NCBI GenBank assembly: GCA_963772725.1
Contig: CAVYYI010000005.1
Location: forward strand, 128,001-192,000
Direction: 5' to 3'
DNA length: 64,000 bases
Source of the DNA: an uncultured Phycisphaerales bacterium
GTDB lineage: Bacteria > Planctomycetota > Phycisphaerae > Sedimentisphaerales > Anaerobacaceae
Program-made: the position numbers and the translations under genes
Notes under the pieces: generated by a model
Databases searched by the model: none
What the model saw: the letters and a program-made list of their open reading frames with translations, nothing else
Told to the model about the DNA's origin: nothing
Part shown: one piece after another, positions 22,343 through 32,465 of the stretch
Layout of the letters: each line of letters opens with the position of its first letter
Position numbering within the stretch: the first letter of the stretch is position 1

Positions 22343-22598
22343 TAATCCTGATTTGTTTTACCGTCCTGCTGTACTGATAATATAACATAACAACCCCCAA
22401 AATACAACCATCAATAAAAAGAATGAACAAGGCGGGGTTGCACTTCACAAGATACGAGCGACGGGTAACGAGCAGCGAGTCAAAGAAGCCGCCCGGTTTA
22501 GAAATGGCTTATAAATCTTCCTAAAAACCATCCCTCCGCTTTTAAAAACCGGGCAGCATCCAACGCTAAGGTTCTCAGGCAAATTCAAGAACGTGCCA

Positions 22599-22883
22599 TT
22601 AGCGGCCTTTCAGCCACTTGGGACATTCATTCCTGTTTTCTCTTAAACGGCATCCGTTTCGAAAATGCTGGAAAATATGAATAATAAGTTCACACCGATC
22701 CTGAACGTCGAATCGCGAAAACAGCCGGCTCAGGTGCGTTCGAACTGTCGGAACCGCGATTCCAAGCTCCGTCGCGATTTGTTTATCAGATTCGCCTGCC
22801 AAAAGATGTATGACTACTTCGCCTTGCCTGCCGGACAAGGACAACTCTTCCCTAAGTATCTTCCATTCCTTTTCAGAAAACAC
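22599..22883 (-). CDS. Stand-alone LuxR/GerE-type HTH regulator
   Basis: LSGRQGEV...GESDKQIATELGIAVPTVRTHLSRLF; GGAG before a GTG start. Confidence 0.85.
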   Translation of the reverse strand: MFSEKEWKILREELSLSGRQGEVVIHLLAGESDKQIATELGIAVPTVRTHLSRLFSRFDVQDRCELIIHIFQHFRNGCRLRENRNECPKWLKGR

Positions 22884-23133
22884 TGCGCTATCTCCGCTCT
22901 AATTCGTACGCTCAGCTCTAAAAAGTGAAATTAACTACCGCTATTTTAGTGGGCTTTTTGTTTTTCTCAAAATAATTACATTCTTATCTCTAATCCGCAA
23001 TTTTTAAAATTTCTTTAAAGCCGCCAAACGGTAGGAATTCCCTTAAAAAGCAACAACATATAGCAATGATAACCGCATATCAATTCGTCAATTCTGATGA
23101 TACTAAAAAAAGTGTAAAAATTCCAAAAAAAAC

Positions 23134-23269
23134 CGCCACATTTCACCCTCTCCTTTCGCCATATATACAGGGCGCATTCTGTAATAAAAAAACGGGCTTT
23201 ATAAACGGAAAAATTCATCACCCTCCTCCGGAGCCAGATTCCCTATAAATCAGGGGTCTGGCTTTTTTT
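23134..23269 (+). ncRNA. Putative sRNA unit 1 (ECF-like promoter, CCTCCTCC motif, terminator)
   Basis: CGCCACA-N16-CGCCATA, CCTCCTCC at 23222-23229, hairpin 23232-23263 followed by a T run. Confidence 0.55.
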
Positions 23270-23350
23270 GATTGAAAAGCGTGTTTTAGCTGATAATTAA
23301 GCCATAAAATTAAGCCTAATAAAAAAAATTTAAAAAAAGTCGAAAAAAAA

Positions 23351-23474
23351 CGCCACATTTCGCCCTTTCTTTTCGCCATACTTTATGTCGGATATCTCTC
23401 GGCGAGATGACAGACGATTTTAACAACATCCTCCTCCAAGGCCGGAATCCGCGATAATCAGGATTCCGGCTTTT
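23351..23474 (+). ncRNA. Putative sRNA unit 2 (paralogue of unit 1)
   Basis: CGCCACA-N16-CGCCATA, CCTCCTCC at 23430-23437, hairpin GCCGGAATCC...GGATTCCGGC followed by TTTT. Confidence 0.55.
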
Positions 23475-23511
23475 ATTATAGAGTGGGATATGGCTTCTTT
23501 GGAGAACTGAT

Positions 23512-24192
23512 GTGGAAAAGGGTACGCAGGTTCTGATTACCGTCAGCGAATCACGTGATTTTTATGTCCTCATCGACCCGGATGCCTTTTTAGCCCTCAG
23601 AAATAAAACCGTCGAATGTTTATTTTCGATGCCGCCATCCGATTGCCCGGATAATTTCCCTTTCACACCAAATCCGAATTACCGAGGCGGTGTCAGCCCG
23701 TTCCAGCGTAACCTTATCAGACCGTACAGGGTGGAATATTATCTCGAAATCATACGCCGCCATTTTTTTCCCCAATATCCGCGACGCTCTGAGGCAATTA
23801 CACTCTTCCAAAACTTACAGGATGCACACGTTTACTTCATAAGACACGAAAACCACCTGGCCAGCCGCATTCTCAGAAGAGTCAAAACCAGCGGGCAATA
23901 CTCCTATTCGCTCCACGACTCAAGCTGGGTCGATTTTCTATACCTCGAAGATTGGAAAGACAATTCTGAAGTCGAAGCCGCCTGCAAAGCCTACTGGAAT
24001 GGCCAAAAACTGAAAAATCATAAACTGCATTTTAATGGCCGACTATGGTCCAGAGAGCCTATTATTGAGGTTTTGTACTTTGGATGCGTTGATTTCTATG
24101 ACGAAAGCACCGCCCCTGAACTGGCCGACCAGGATAAATTGCCAGTCAAATTAAAACAAACCATCGAAAATTCCCTCCCCAATTTCAGATGA
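23512..24192 (+). CDS. Hypothetical protein, DUF2441-like
   Basis: LEIIRRHFFPQYPRRSEAITLF, YWNG and EVL segments recall DUF2441 (from memory, not searched). Confidence 0.5.
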   Translation: MEKGTQVLITVSESRDFYVLIDPDAFLALRNKTVECLFSMPPSDCPDNFPFTPNPNYRGGVSPFQRNLIRPYRVEYYLEIIRRHFFPQYPRRSEAITLFQNLQDAHVYFIRHENHLASRILRRVKTSGQYSYSLHDSSWVDFLYLEDWKDNSEVEAACKAYWNGQKLKNHKLHFNGRLWSREPIIEVLYFGCVDFYDESTAPELADQDKLPVKLKQTIENSLPNFR

Positions 24193-24220
24193 TAAAATAC
24201 TCAAACTGACCGAGTCGACT

Positions 24221-24292
24221 TGTCATACCCGCGCAAGCGGGTATCCAATATGAAATTTGCCGCAATGGATTCCCACTTTCGCAGGAATGACA
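24221..24292. repeat. REP-like double palindrome (GTCATxCCCGCG..AGCGGGxATCC type)
   Basis: Two inverted hairpin halves; related copy at 55526-55593. Confidence 0.8.
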
Positions 24293-24447
24293 TTGGAGTA
24301 TAACTTTATGTTTAACATAAGGTCATGTAAATTTTTATTAAAAATTCGGCCAATTTGAGTAAAATATCAAGAGTTGCGACGTCAACCTGCGGGACTTAAT
24401 CTATTCACGCACACCGCCTGTTGCGATTCGAGCAATTTTCCGCTATT

Positions 24448-25161
24448 ATGTCAGCAATGACTAACGACACAATCGCATTAGGTTTGGCTTGGTACGTGAT
24501 TTTCGTGCTTTCACTGAGTTTTCACGAGGCCGCCCACGCCTTTGCCGCGTTGAAACTCGGCGATAAAACCGCCTTTTATTCCGGGCAGGTCAGCCTCCAT
24601 CCTTTCGCACACATGTTCAGAGAACCCGTCGGAATGATTATCCTGCCTATCGTTTCGTTTCTATCTAACGGCTGGATGCTCGGCTGGGCAAGCACTCCCT
24701 ACGACCCCGCATGGGCACAGCGCTACCCCAAACGCGAAATCCTTATGGCTCTCGCCGGCCCGCTAGCGAACCTCACCCTCGTTATCATCGCCGCAGCTGC
24801 CATAAGATTCGGTACTTCCGCCGGCTATTTCCATCCCCCCGAAAGCATCACCTTTTCCCAAGTAACCGCCGCCGAACATACCGGCATAACTCACAGCATC
24901 GCAATAATGGTCAGCATTCTTTTTACGCTCAATCTTGTCCTGTTTGTTTTTAATCTTCTCCCCATCCCCCCGATGGATGGCAGCTGCCTTGTCCCGCTGC
25001 TTTTACCGGCTGAATTCGCCGACAAATATAAAATGCTCATCAGCAATCCAACATATTCTATTATCGGCCTGATTATCGCATGGCAGTTGTTCGACTATAT
25101 CTTCGACCCCATCCACCTCTTTGCCCTAAACATCCTCTACCCCGGCCACCTCTACGGCTAA
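24448..25161 (+). CDS. Site-2 protease (M50) family
   Basis: HEAAH, AGPLAN and FNLLPIPPMDG motifs. Confidence 0.94.
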   Translation: MSAMTNDTIALGLAWYVIFVLSLSFHEAAHAFAALKLGDKTAFYSGQVSLHPFAHMFREPVGMIILPIVSFLSNGWMLGWASTPYDPAWAQRYPKREILMALAGPLANLTLVIIAAAAIRFGTSAGYFHPPESITFSQVTAAEHTGITHSIAIMVSILFTLNLVLFVFNLLPIPPMDGSCLVPLLLPAEFADKYKMLISNPTYSIIGLIIAWQLFDYIFDPIHLFALNILYPGHLYG

Positions 25162-27068
25162 TAATGGCCTAAAATATTCGCGTCATTAACAACATCTTTC
25201 ATTAAGTTATCAAATTTTGAATCATCCAAACTCTTAAGATATTTGATTTGCAATTCCCCTTTTGAGTAGTCAGCACCTTCAGCAGAACCAACATCCAAAT
25301 CATAAACAGCCTTGCTGGAATTGTAACGTGTAAGTTTTTCTAACGCCTGACCTGTCTCCTTTAGTATTTGTTGTGATTTTTCATAATTAACGTATGTCCC
25401 TAAAACCGCAGTGCCTAAGATTTGCCTATTATAAAGACTAACATTTGTTAATACAGTACATGCATCAAATTTATCAAACAAATCTTTGTTATAAAACATA
25501 TTTCGCTGCTCTATCGCGGTTTTTAATATTTCATCAACAGATGGCTTTGCCTGCTGAAGTTGGAGATTTCCTGCAATTAAAGCTAACGCTAAAATTTTAT
25601 AATGAACCGCTAACAGTGTAGGCGGTTCGCCTTCAGTGTGTATTATAAAATTTATAGGAACCCTTGTTTCTTTACGAGACTTGCTTAGATTGTATATAAA
25701 ATTTCTTTCCTCTTTTGTTATAAAGGAATCAAACAATTTATTATAATCATTCAATGAGGATATTATTTCCTCACTGACTAAATTCCCCGCCTCTTCTTTC
25801 GGCAAAAGCGACAATTCATGCATAACTTTCAGGAATCTGCGATTACCCATTATAGCTATAATATTAATTTGACCGGCAGAAAGATGCAAAGGGATACCGC
25901 GAGGTGGTAATTCCATATATATCTGGGCATTCCTAATGTATAAATCAATTTCATCTAGCTTTTTAAGGCTTTCTTTTACAGATTCATTGCCTAATATTCT
26001 GATAACATTGCTAATTTGGGCTTGGCCAGGCAAACCCGATGAGTAAGCGCCAATTATCGTAGCCGGAATAGCTTCTTTTTTGACATTTTCCTTTAAATCC
26101 TTATTAATATCCCCAGCATATTTAATTAGATTATCAAACTCCAAATCCTCTAAAGGCTTAAGGCATATAATTTTCAATTCGCCTTTTGAGTAATCGGCAA
26201 TATCAGCAGAACCGACACGCATATCATAGAGTGCTTTGCTGGAACTGTAATGCGTAAGCCTGTGGATTTCAAATATTTGCCTTGATTCCTGTAATTGTTC
26301 CAATGTGCCCGCATTTACATATGTCCCCAAAACCGCTGTACCCAAGATTTGCCGGTTATAAAGACTTGCATAGTATAACATAAATGCATCACAAAACGTT
26401 TCTCTCTGCTTCAATGCTTCTTCCAGGACTTTACTGATAGAATCTTTAGTTTCCCGTAATTCCAGGTTTCCAGCAATTAAAATCAGTGCCCAAACTTTAT
26501 AACGCTGCGAAATCAGCGTAGGACTGCCATCTTTAGTTGTTTCTACAAAACCCAGCCCCCACCTTTTATTGGGCTGTTCAAGATTGTGCTTAAAAATATG
26601 TTCATTCTCTGCCATATACGCGTTAAACAGTTTTTCATACTCATCCAGCGAATTTATTATCTCTTTATTAAGCAGATTCGCCGCCTCTGTTCTTGGCAGC
26701 CGCGACAATTCATCTAATACTTTCAGAAATCTGCGATTACCCATTATAGCAATTACTTGGTTTCGTTCGGCTGACGCCTTTAAGGGAATGTCTAAAAATG
26801 TATCTTCAAAATAAATTTGGTAATTATTCCAGAAATATAAATCACCTTCCAATAATAAACTTATACTTTTTTCCAAAGATTCATTCTTCAGCACTTGAAT
26901 TGCTTTGTCGAGTGTATTATATCGTTTTTTTTGTGCCAGAATTTGCGGTATAGTTACTATTTCGTTGGCGCCGACTTCCACCATAATCATAATTAGCAAA
27001 CCCGCGAATAATGTCACACAAATCACCCTCGCAGACCAGATTAAAATATTTTTAGATATCTTCCCCAC
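25158..27068 (-). CDS. Hypothetical membrane-anchored protein with two tandem ~280-aa repeats
   Basis: N-terminal TM. IAIMGNRRFLKV, LIAGNL, SLYNRQILGTAVLGTYVN and ADYSKGEL each occur twice. Confidence 0.8.
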   Translation of the reverse strand: MGKISKNILIWSARVICVTLFAGLLIMIMVEVGANEIVTIPQILAQKKRYNTLDKAIQVLKNESLEKSISLLLEGDLYFWNNYQIYFEDTFLDIPLKASAERNQVIAIMGNRRFLKVLDELSRLPRTEAANLLNKEIINSLDEYEKLFNAYMAENEHIFKHNLEQPNKRWGLGFVETTKDGSPTLISQRYKVWALILIAGNLELRETKDSISKVLEEALKQRETFCDAFMLYYASLYNRQILGTAVLGTYVNAGTLEQLQESRQIFEIHRLTHYSSSKALYDMRVGSADIADYSKGELKIICLKPLEDLEFDNLIKYAGDINKDLKENVKKEAIPATIIGAYSSGLPGQAQISNVIRILGNESVKESLKKLDEIDLYIRNAQIYMELPPRGIPLHLSAGQINIIAIMGNRRFLKVMHELSLLPKEEAGNLVSEEIISSLNDYNKLFDSFITKEERNFIYNLSKSRKETRVPINFIIHTEGEPPTLLAVHYKILALALIAGNLQLQQAKPSVDEILKTAIEQRNMFYNKDLFDKFDACTVLTNVSLYNRQILGTAVLGTYVNYEKSQQILKETGQALEKLTRYNSSKAVYDLDVGSAEGADYSKGELQIKYLKSLDDSKFDNLMKDVVNDANILGHY

Positions 27069-27360
27069 ACTTCCGCCCTTTCTTTTTTAAATTATAATCT
27101 CCCATCTATTTTAGACGACACATTTCATGAATACCTCTTCACATATAATCATTGTCATAATTTTACCCTACTTTTCAGCCCTTTTCAATCCAAAACCGTA
27201 GCAACGTAAAAATCCGCCAAAGGCGGATATAAAATCGGCAATCGAAACCTATCCGCTCCACGCCGCACGCTCATTTTTTCGCTTCATGAGAAACGCTTCA
27301 CATTTAATCGCTCATTTTTCACTTCTCAAAGGTTATCGCTGCCAATATAATAGAGGCGAG

Positions 27361-27837
27361 ATGACAGTTATTATTGATGGTTATAATTTGTTGTGGGTAA
27401 TACCGAAAACAAGCGGCGGTGAGCCGCTGACCGATACGCAGTTATGTCGCATTTTGAGTGCATATTTCAAGATTACAGGTCAGCCGGGCGAGATTATTTT
27501 TGACGGAGTTGGCCCGCCTGATAAAAGCGTATTTGATAATATAAGTAATCTGGATGTTATTTTCGCTGGCGCGGATGTTGAAGCGGACGCGGTGATAGAG
27601 GACAAGATAGCTTCGAGTACGGCGCCGCGAAATTTGGTAATTGTCAGCAGCGACCGGCGGCTTCGTAAGGCCGCCCATGCGCGAAAAGCGATATCGGTAA
27701 AATCGGAGGCATTCTGGGGCGAGGTTCAAAAACAATTGAAGCGAAGTGAAAAATTTCAGGAGCCGACGTCAAAACAGCACGGCATAACGGAAGGCGAAAC
27801 AAAACAATGGCTGAAAATTTTCGACCTCGACAAATAA
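27361..27837 (+). CDS. NYN-domain (YacP/Rae1-like) protein
   Basis: IIDGYNL, IFDG, ADAVIE and VSSDR motifs. Confidence 0.88.
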   Translation: MTVIIDGYNLLWVIPKTSGGEPLTDTQLCRILSAYFKITGQPGEIIFDGVGPPDKSVFDNISNLDVIFAGADVEADAVIEDKIASSTAPRNLVIVSSDRRLRKAAHARKAISVKSEAFWGEVQKQLKRSEKFQEPTSKQHGITEGETKQWLKIFDLDK

Positions 27838-27872
27838 TCGGCAATACTATACCACTTTAAACGGACATCGGA

Positions 27873-27901
27873 TTGACGTTATAAGGCGGTATCACTATAA
27901 T
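27873..27901 (+). promoter_or_regulatory. Sigma70 promoter of glnS
   Basis: TTGACG-N17-TATAAT. Confidence 0.7.
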
Positions 27902-27958
27902 GGGCTGATTATATTAACTATATCTTTCGCAGTATTTTAGAATTGAGGCCCAAAAATT

Positions 27959-29704
27959 ATGGAAAACCCGAGTGCTGAAGATAATAAAAATACCGGCAGC
28001 AATAATTCGTCGGAATCAACTATAAAATCTGATTTTATCCGTGCCATTATCAACGAGGACATAAAGACCGGCAAATACGGCAGCCGTGTTCATACGCGTT
28101 TTCCACCGGAACCGAACGGATATCTCCACATTGGGCACGCCAAAAGTATCTGCCTGAACTTCGGCATTGCCGCGGATTATCATGGCCTGTGCAACCTGCG
28201 TTTCGATGATACCAATCCGAGTAAAGAGGAAGAAGAGTATGTCGAATCAATCAAGAGCGACGTTCAATGGCTCGGCTGGGACTGGCAGGACAGATTGTAT
28301 TTCGCATCCGACTATTTTGAGCAGATGTATCAATACGCCGTTCAACTGGTTAAGGCGGGTAAGGCGTATGTATGTGATTTGACGGCGGACCAGACCCGCG
28401 AATATCGCGGCACCCTGACAAAGCCCGGCAAAGACAGCCCTTATCGCAAGCGCAGTATTGAAGAAAACCTCGATTTATTTTCGCGGATGCGGGCGGGGGA
28501 ATTTCCCGACGGCTCACGCACTCTGCGGGCAAAGATTGATATGGCCAGCGCAAATTTCAATATGCGAGACCCTGTAATGTATCGAATCCTGCGTGCTACC
28601 CATCATCGCACCGGTGACAAGTGGTGCATTTACCCGATGTATGACTGGGCGCACGGCATTGAGGATTCCATCGAAAAAATCACGCATTCAATTTGCACGC
28701 TCGAATTTGAAAATCACCGGCCCTTATATGACTGGTTCCTCGATGAGCTGGGCGTTTATCACCCACAGCAGATTGAGTTCGCGCGGCTTAATATGACTTA
28801 TACCGTTATGAGCAAACGCAAACTCCTCCAGCTTGTTCAAAAGGGTTTTGTCAGCGGCTGGAACGACCCGCGTATGCCGACTATTTCCGGTATGCGGCGG
28901 CGCGGTTATTCGCCGGAAGCAATCCGAAACTTCTGCAAAATTATCGGCATTAATAAATTTAACAGCACGGTCGATTTTGCGCTGCTGGAACACTGTGTGC
29001 GCGAAGACCTCAACAAAACCTCTCCGCGCGTGATGGCAGTACTTCACCCGCTAAAGGTTGTCATCGAAAATTATCCGCATGGCAAAGTTGAGGAACTTGA
29101 TGCTGTCAATAATCCTGAAGACGCTTCCGCCGGCACACGAAAAGTCCCCTTCTCGCGTGAACTGTATATCGAGCAGGAAGATTTTATGGAGAATCCGCCG
29201 AAAAAATTCTTCCGCCTTGCTCCGGGTAGAGAGGTTCGTTTGCGATACGCTTACCTGATTACCTGCACAGGCGTCGTTAAGGATAGTAGCGGCAGAATTG
29301 TCGAATTGCGTTGTACCTATGACCCTGCCACTCGCGGAGGTGACGCGCCCGACGGCAGAAAGGTCAAATCTACCCTGCACTGGGTATCGGCGACGCACGC
29401 AATAGAAGCGCAGATTCGGCTGTATGAAAACCTCTTTATAAATGAAAATCCGGACACCGCGGAGGAAGGAAAAGATTTTACGACAAATCTGAACCCGGAA
29501 TCGCTGGAGATTTTGTCTTCCTGCAAGCTGGAGCCTTGTTTAGCAAACGCCAAACCGGAGAGCAGATACCAATTCGAAAGGCTGGGCTATTTCTGTGTGG
29601 ACTCCGACCGCACCTCTGACGGAAAACTTATTTTCAACCGTACCGCGACCCTGCGTGACACCTGGGCCAAAATTCAAAAAGCAGAAGGCCAGACAACGCA
29701 GTAA
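27959..29704 (+). CDS. glnS: Glutamine--tRNA ligase
   Basis: [19 protein letters not shown] and QFERLGYF motifs. Confidence 0.98.
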   Translation: MENPSAEDNKNTGSNNSSESTIKSDFIRAIINEDIKTGKYGSRVHTRFPPEPNGYLHIGHAKSICLNFGIAADYHGLCNLRFDDTNPSKEEEEYVESIKSDVQWLGWDWQDRLYFASDYFEQMYQYAVQLVKAGKAYVCDLTADQTREYRGTLTKPGKDSPYRKRSIEENLDLFSRMRAGEFPDGSRTLRAKIDMASANFNMRDPVMYRILRATHHRTGDKWCIYPMYDWAHGIEDSIEKITHSICTLEFENHRPLYDWFLDELGVYHPQQIEFARLNMTYTVMSKRKLLQLVQKGFVSGWNDPRMPTISGMRRRGYSPEAIRNFCKIIGINKFNSTVDFALLEHCVREDLNKTSPRVMAVLHPLKVVIENYPHGKVEELDAVNNPEDASAGTRKVPFSRELYIEQEDFMENPPKKFFRLAPGREVRLRYAYLITCTGVVKDSSGRIVELRCTYDPATRGGDAPDGRKVKSTLHWVSATHAIEAQIRLYENLFINENPDTAEEGKDFTTNLNPESLEILSSCKLEPCLANAKPESRYQFERLGYFCVDSDRTSDGKLIFNRTATLRDTWAKIQKAEGQTTQ

Positions 29705-29712
29705 TTCAAGTG

Positions 29713-30924
29713 TCACGGACAAAACTCTTTTTCGACAGCGAATGGTCTCAAGGCACGGTCTAAAATGTTATTGAGATAGGCTATCGCGATACCATAATTT
29801 GTAATTGGGACACCAGCCTGTTTGGCCTTGTCGATGCGGCACATCAGCTCCTTGCGGTTAAACATACAACTGCCGCAATGAATAATCAGTTTGTACGGAC
29901 TTAAGTCATCGGGAAAATCTCTTCCCGCTACAACTTTAATTTCAAGATTACGTTTTGTATATTTCTTCAGCCAATTAGGCAATTTAACTCTGCCTATATC
30001 ACCGTCAACTGGGTGATGGCAGCACGCCTCGGCAATCAAAACCTTGTCGCCATCGGTCAGACGGTCTATTTCTCTAACCCCTTTTGTGAACTCGCCGAGG
30101 TCGCCTTTGAACCTTGCGTACACAATTGAAAAACTTGTCAGCAGAACACCTTCAGGAACAATAGCAGCGACCTCATCAAACGCCTGGCTGTCGGTAATCA
30201 CCAGCGATGGCGGTTCTTTTAATCTTCCAATCGCATCCGCTAATTTGTTCTGCTTAACAACAATGGCATAAGCATCCCTGTCGAGAATGTCCCTCAATGT
30301 CTGTACCTGCGGCAGGATTAGTCTGCCCCTGGGAGCTTCAAGGTCAATAGGTGTAACCAAAATAATCAGTTGACCCGCTTTGACCAAATCTCCTGATACG
30401 GTAGATTGTGAAATAAACTCATTTGGCGCAGCCGCAATTACCGCTTCTCGCAAAGATTCCATTCCAACTTTTTTGGCAGCACAGGTCGTTATGACATATT
30501 TTACATCTGCCCCAGCGGCTGTTTCTTCCAATATTTTGTCTTTACGCAGGTCGCTCTTGTTAGCTGCAACGACAACAGGTACGGACCGCTGCTTAAATAA
30601 CTCAACGAGCTGGTTTTCAAACTGTGTCCACCGGTCTGTAACGATAATTGCAAGCTCCGTGCGGTCTATTATCTGCCTGGTCTTTTGAATTCTTGCTCTG
30701 CCAAGGTCGCCGACATCATCGATACCAGCGGTATCTATAAACACCACCGGCCCAAGCGGCTTAAACTCCATAACCTTCTCGACGGGGTCGGTAGTCGTAC
30801 CGGCAACTTCGGAAACTATCGAAACATCCTGCTCCACAAGACAGTTAAGAATAGACGACTTGCCTACATTTCGCCTTCCAAAAACGCCTATATGCAGCCT
30901 AAGACTCTTAGGAACTTTTATCAT
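29713..30924 (-). CDS. hydF: [FeFe]-hydrogenase maturation GTPase
   Basis: GRRNVGKS, DTAG, NKSD, CCHH and HCGSC motifs. Confidence 0.97.
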   Translation of the reverse strand: MIKVPKSLRLHIGVFGRRNVGKSSILNCLVEQDVSIVSEVAGTTTDPVEKVMEFKPLGPVVFIDTAGIDDVGDLGRARIQKTRQIIDRTELAIIVTDRWTQFENQLVELFKQRSVPVVVAANKSDLRKDKILEETAAGADVKYVITTCAAKKVGMESLREAVIAAAPNEFISQSTVSGDLVKAGQLIILVTPIDLEAPRGRLILPQVQTLRDILDRDAYAIVVKQNKLADAIGRLKEPPSLVITDSQAFDEVAAIVPEGVLLTSFSIVYARFKGDLGEFTKGVREIDRLTDGDKVLIAEACCHHPVDGDIGRVKLPNWLKKYTKRNLEIKVVAGRDFPDDLSPYKLIIHCGSCMFNRKELMCRIDKAKQAGVPITNYGIAIAYLNNILDRALRPFAVEKEFCP

Positions 30925-30977
30925 ATTCCACCAAAGCAGAAATTCAGTCTGCTATTCCAATCATAGTCCCGGATTAA

Positions 30978-31358
30978 TTATGTATTTTGCTCGATAGCCT
31001 TGAGGAGGACGTCAGGCTTTACCGGTTTTTCGAGAACACCCTTGACCGGCAGCCAGGTATCGTGCGGTTCAAAACCGAATGGCAGGCTCATCTCGCGCCG
31101 GACACCTGTGACCATAATCACCGGCACTTTTTTGAGCGAATCATCCTTGCTCAGTTCCCTGGCCACGTCAAAACCCTCAGACTTGGTCGTCATCATTACA
31201 TCGAGCAGAATGATATTCGGCTTTCGCTCTTTGGCCTTTGCGATTCCGACCTTGCCGTTAGGCGCCGAATCAACATCATAATCCTTAGCCTCAAGCAGGT
31301 TGGTTACAGCTTCGACAAATTCCGGGTCATCATCAATTACAAGAACTCTCTGTGCCAT
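30978..31358 (-). CDS. Single-domain response regulator receiver
   Basis: IDDD, LDVMM, MVT and EKP motifs. Confidence 0.93.
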   Translation of the reverse strand: MAQRVLVIDDDPEFVEAVTNLLEAKDYDVDSAPNGKVGIAKAKERKPNIILLDVMMTTKSEGFDVARELSKDDSLKKVPVIMVTGVRREMSLPFGFEPHDTWLPVKGVLEKPVKPDVLLKAIEQNT

Positions 31359-31371
31359 TTTAAATTCTCCT

Positions 31372-32454
31372 TTATATGAATAAGCACTTTTGTTTTTTTA
31401 TATGTTCTTTCAACGAGTCGCCTCGCGAATACTCAATAGTTCTATTTATCGTTTTTGCCATCATATTAATACAGCCGACACATTCGGCGGGCTGTTCATC
31501 GACACATCTTTTTCCAGGATAAATTTCATAAAGTTTCCTGTAAGGCTGCGGTGTAAAGTTCGGCATAATCACATTTGCGCCGCATTTAAGAGCCATAATC
31601 CGCGCATCGCCCTGGCCGATGCTGCCGACCGCAGTGCTCGCAGGCAAGTGTGCGTTTTTCGTAACAATCCTGGTTACAGCGATTGTCTTGAGAGTCAAGT
31701 TGAGATTGCCTGTCGCTTCATCACGCAGCGGAGTAGATTTATGCGGAATAAACGGCCCTATCCCAATCATGTCGAAATCTTCTCTTTTAAAAAACAGGAT
31801 GTCCTCTGCCAGATGCCGGATAGTCTGACCTTTTAGCCCGACAATATTGCCGGAACCGGTTTGATACCCAAGCATCTTCAGGTTGCGCAAACACCTTAAC
31901 CTGTTTTCAAAACTCATTCCGGTATGAAGCGATTCATAAAGCTGCTTGTCGGAAGTTTCAATTTTAAGCAAAAACCTGTCGGCACCAGCTTTTCGCCATA
32001 TATTGTACTCATCGAAACTATGTTCACCGACCGAAAGCGTTACTGCAACATCAAAGTCCGTCTTTATGTCTTCAATTATTTTTTTAAGCCAGACATCGTT
32101 AATGCCGTCATCCTCACCGGATTGAAGAACCAAAGTCTTTATACCGGTAGAAACGATATCCTGCACGGCGGCGATTATTTCTTCCCTGCTGAGCCTGTAT
32201 CGCTGGAGAGTCGTGTTATTCTTATTCAGGCCGCAATAAAAACAGGTATTACGACAAATGTTGGAAAATTCCACAATAGCCCTCAGCAGGATTTCATCAC
32301 CGACAAAATTCTGCCTAACCCTGTCGGCATAGTCAAACAGCATAGAGGTTTCGCTTTCATCCTGCAAATCAAGCAGATATGCAATATCATCTATGTCGGG
32401 CAGCTCGCTGTCATACACCCTGTCAAGAACATATTGTGTCCTGTTTTTGTTCAT
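31372..32454 (-). CDS. hydE: [FeFe]-hydrogenase maturation radical SAM
   Basis: CRNTCFYC, GPFIPH, GANVIMPN and YEIYPGK motifs. Confidence 0.96.
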   Translation of the reverse strand: MNKNRTQYVLDRVYDSELPDIDDIAYLLDLQDESETSMLFDYADRVRQNFVGDEILLRAIVEFSNICRNTCFYCGLNKNNTTLQRYRLSREEIIAAVQDIVSTGIKTLVLQSGEDDGINDVWLKKIIEDIKTDFDVAVTLSVGEHSFDEYNIWRKAGADRFLLKIETSDKQLYESLHTGMSFENRLRCLRNLKMLGYQTGSGNIVGLKGQTIRHLAEDILFFKREDFDMIGIGPFIPHKSTPLRDEATGNLNLTLKTIAVTRIVTKNAHLPASTAVGSIGQGDARIMALKCGANVIMPNFTPQPYRKLYEIYPGKRCVDEQPAECVGCINMMAKTINRTIEYSRGDSLKEHIKKQKCLFI

Positions 32455-32465
32455 CGCTTCGCTTA

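Noticed and set aside
23134..23474. CRISPR array
   Set aside because: Only two imperfect copies ~217 bp apart, each ending in a terminator; no cas genes.
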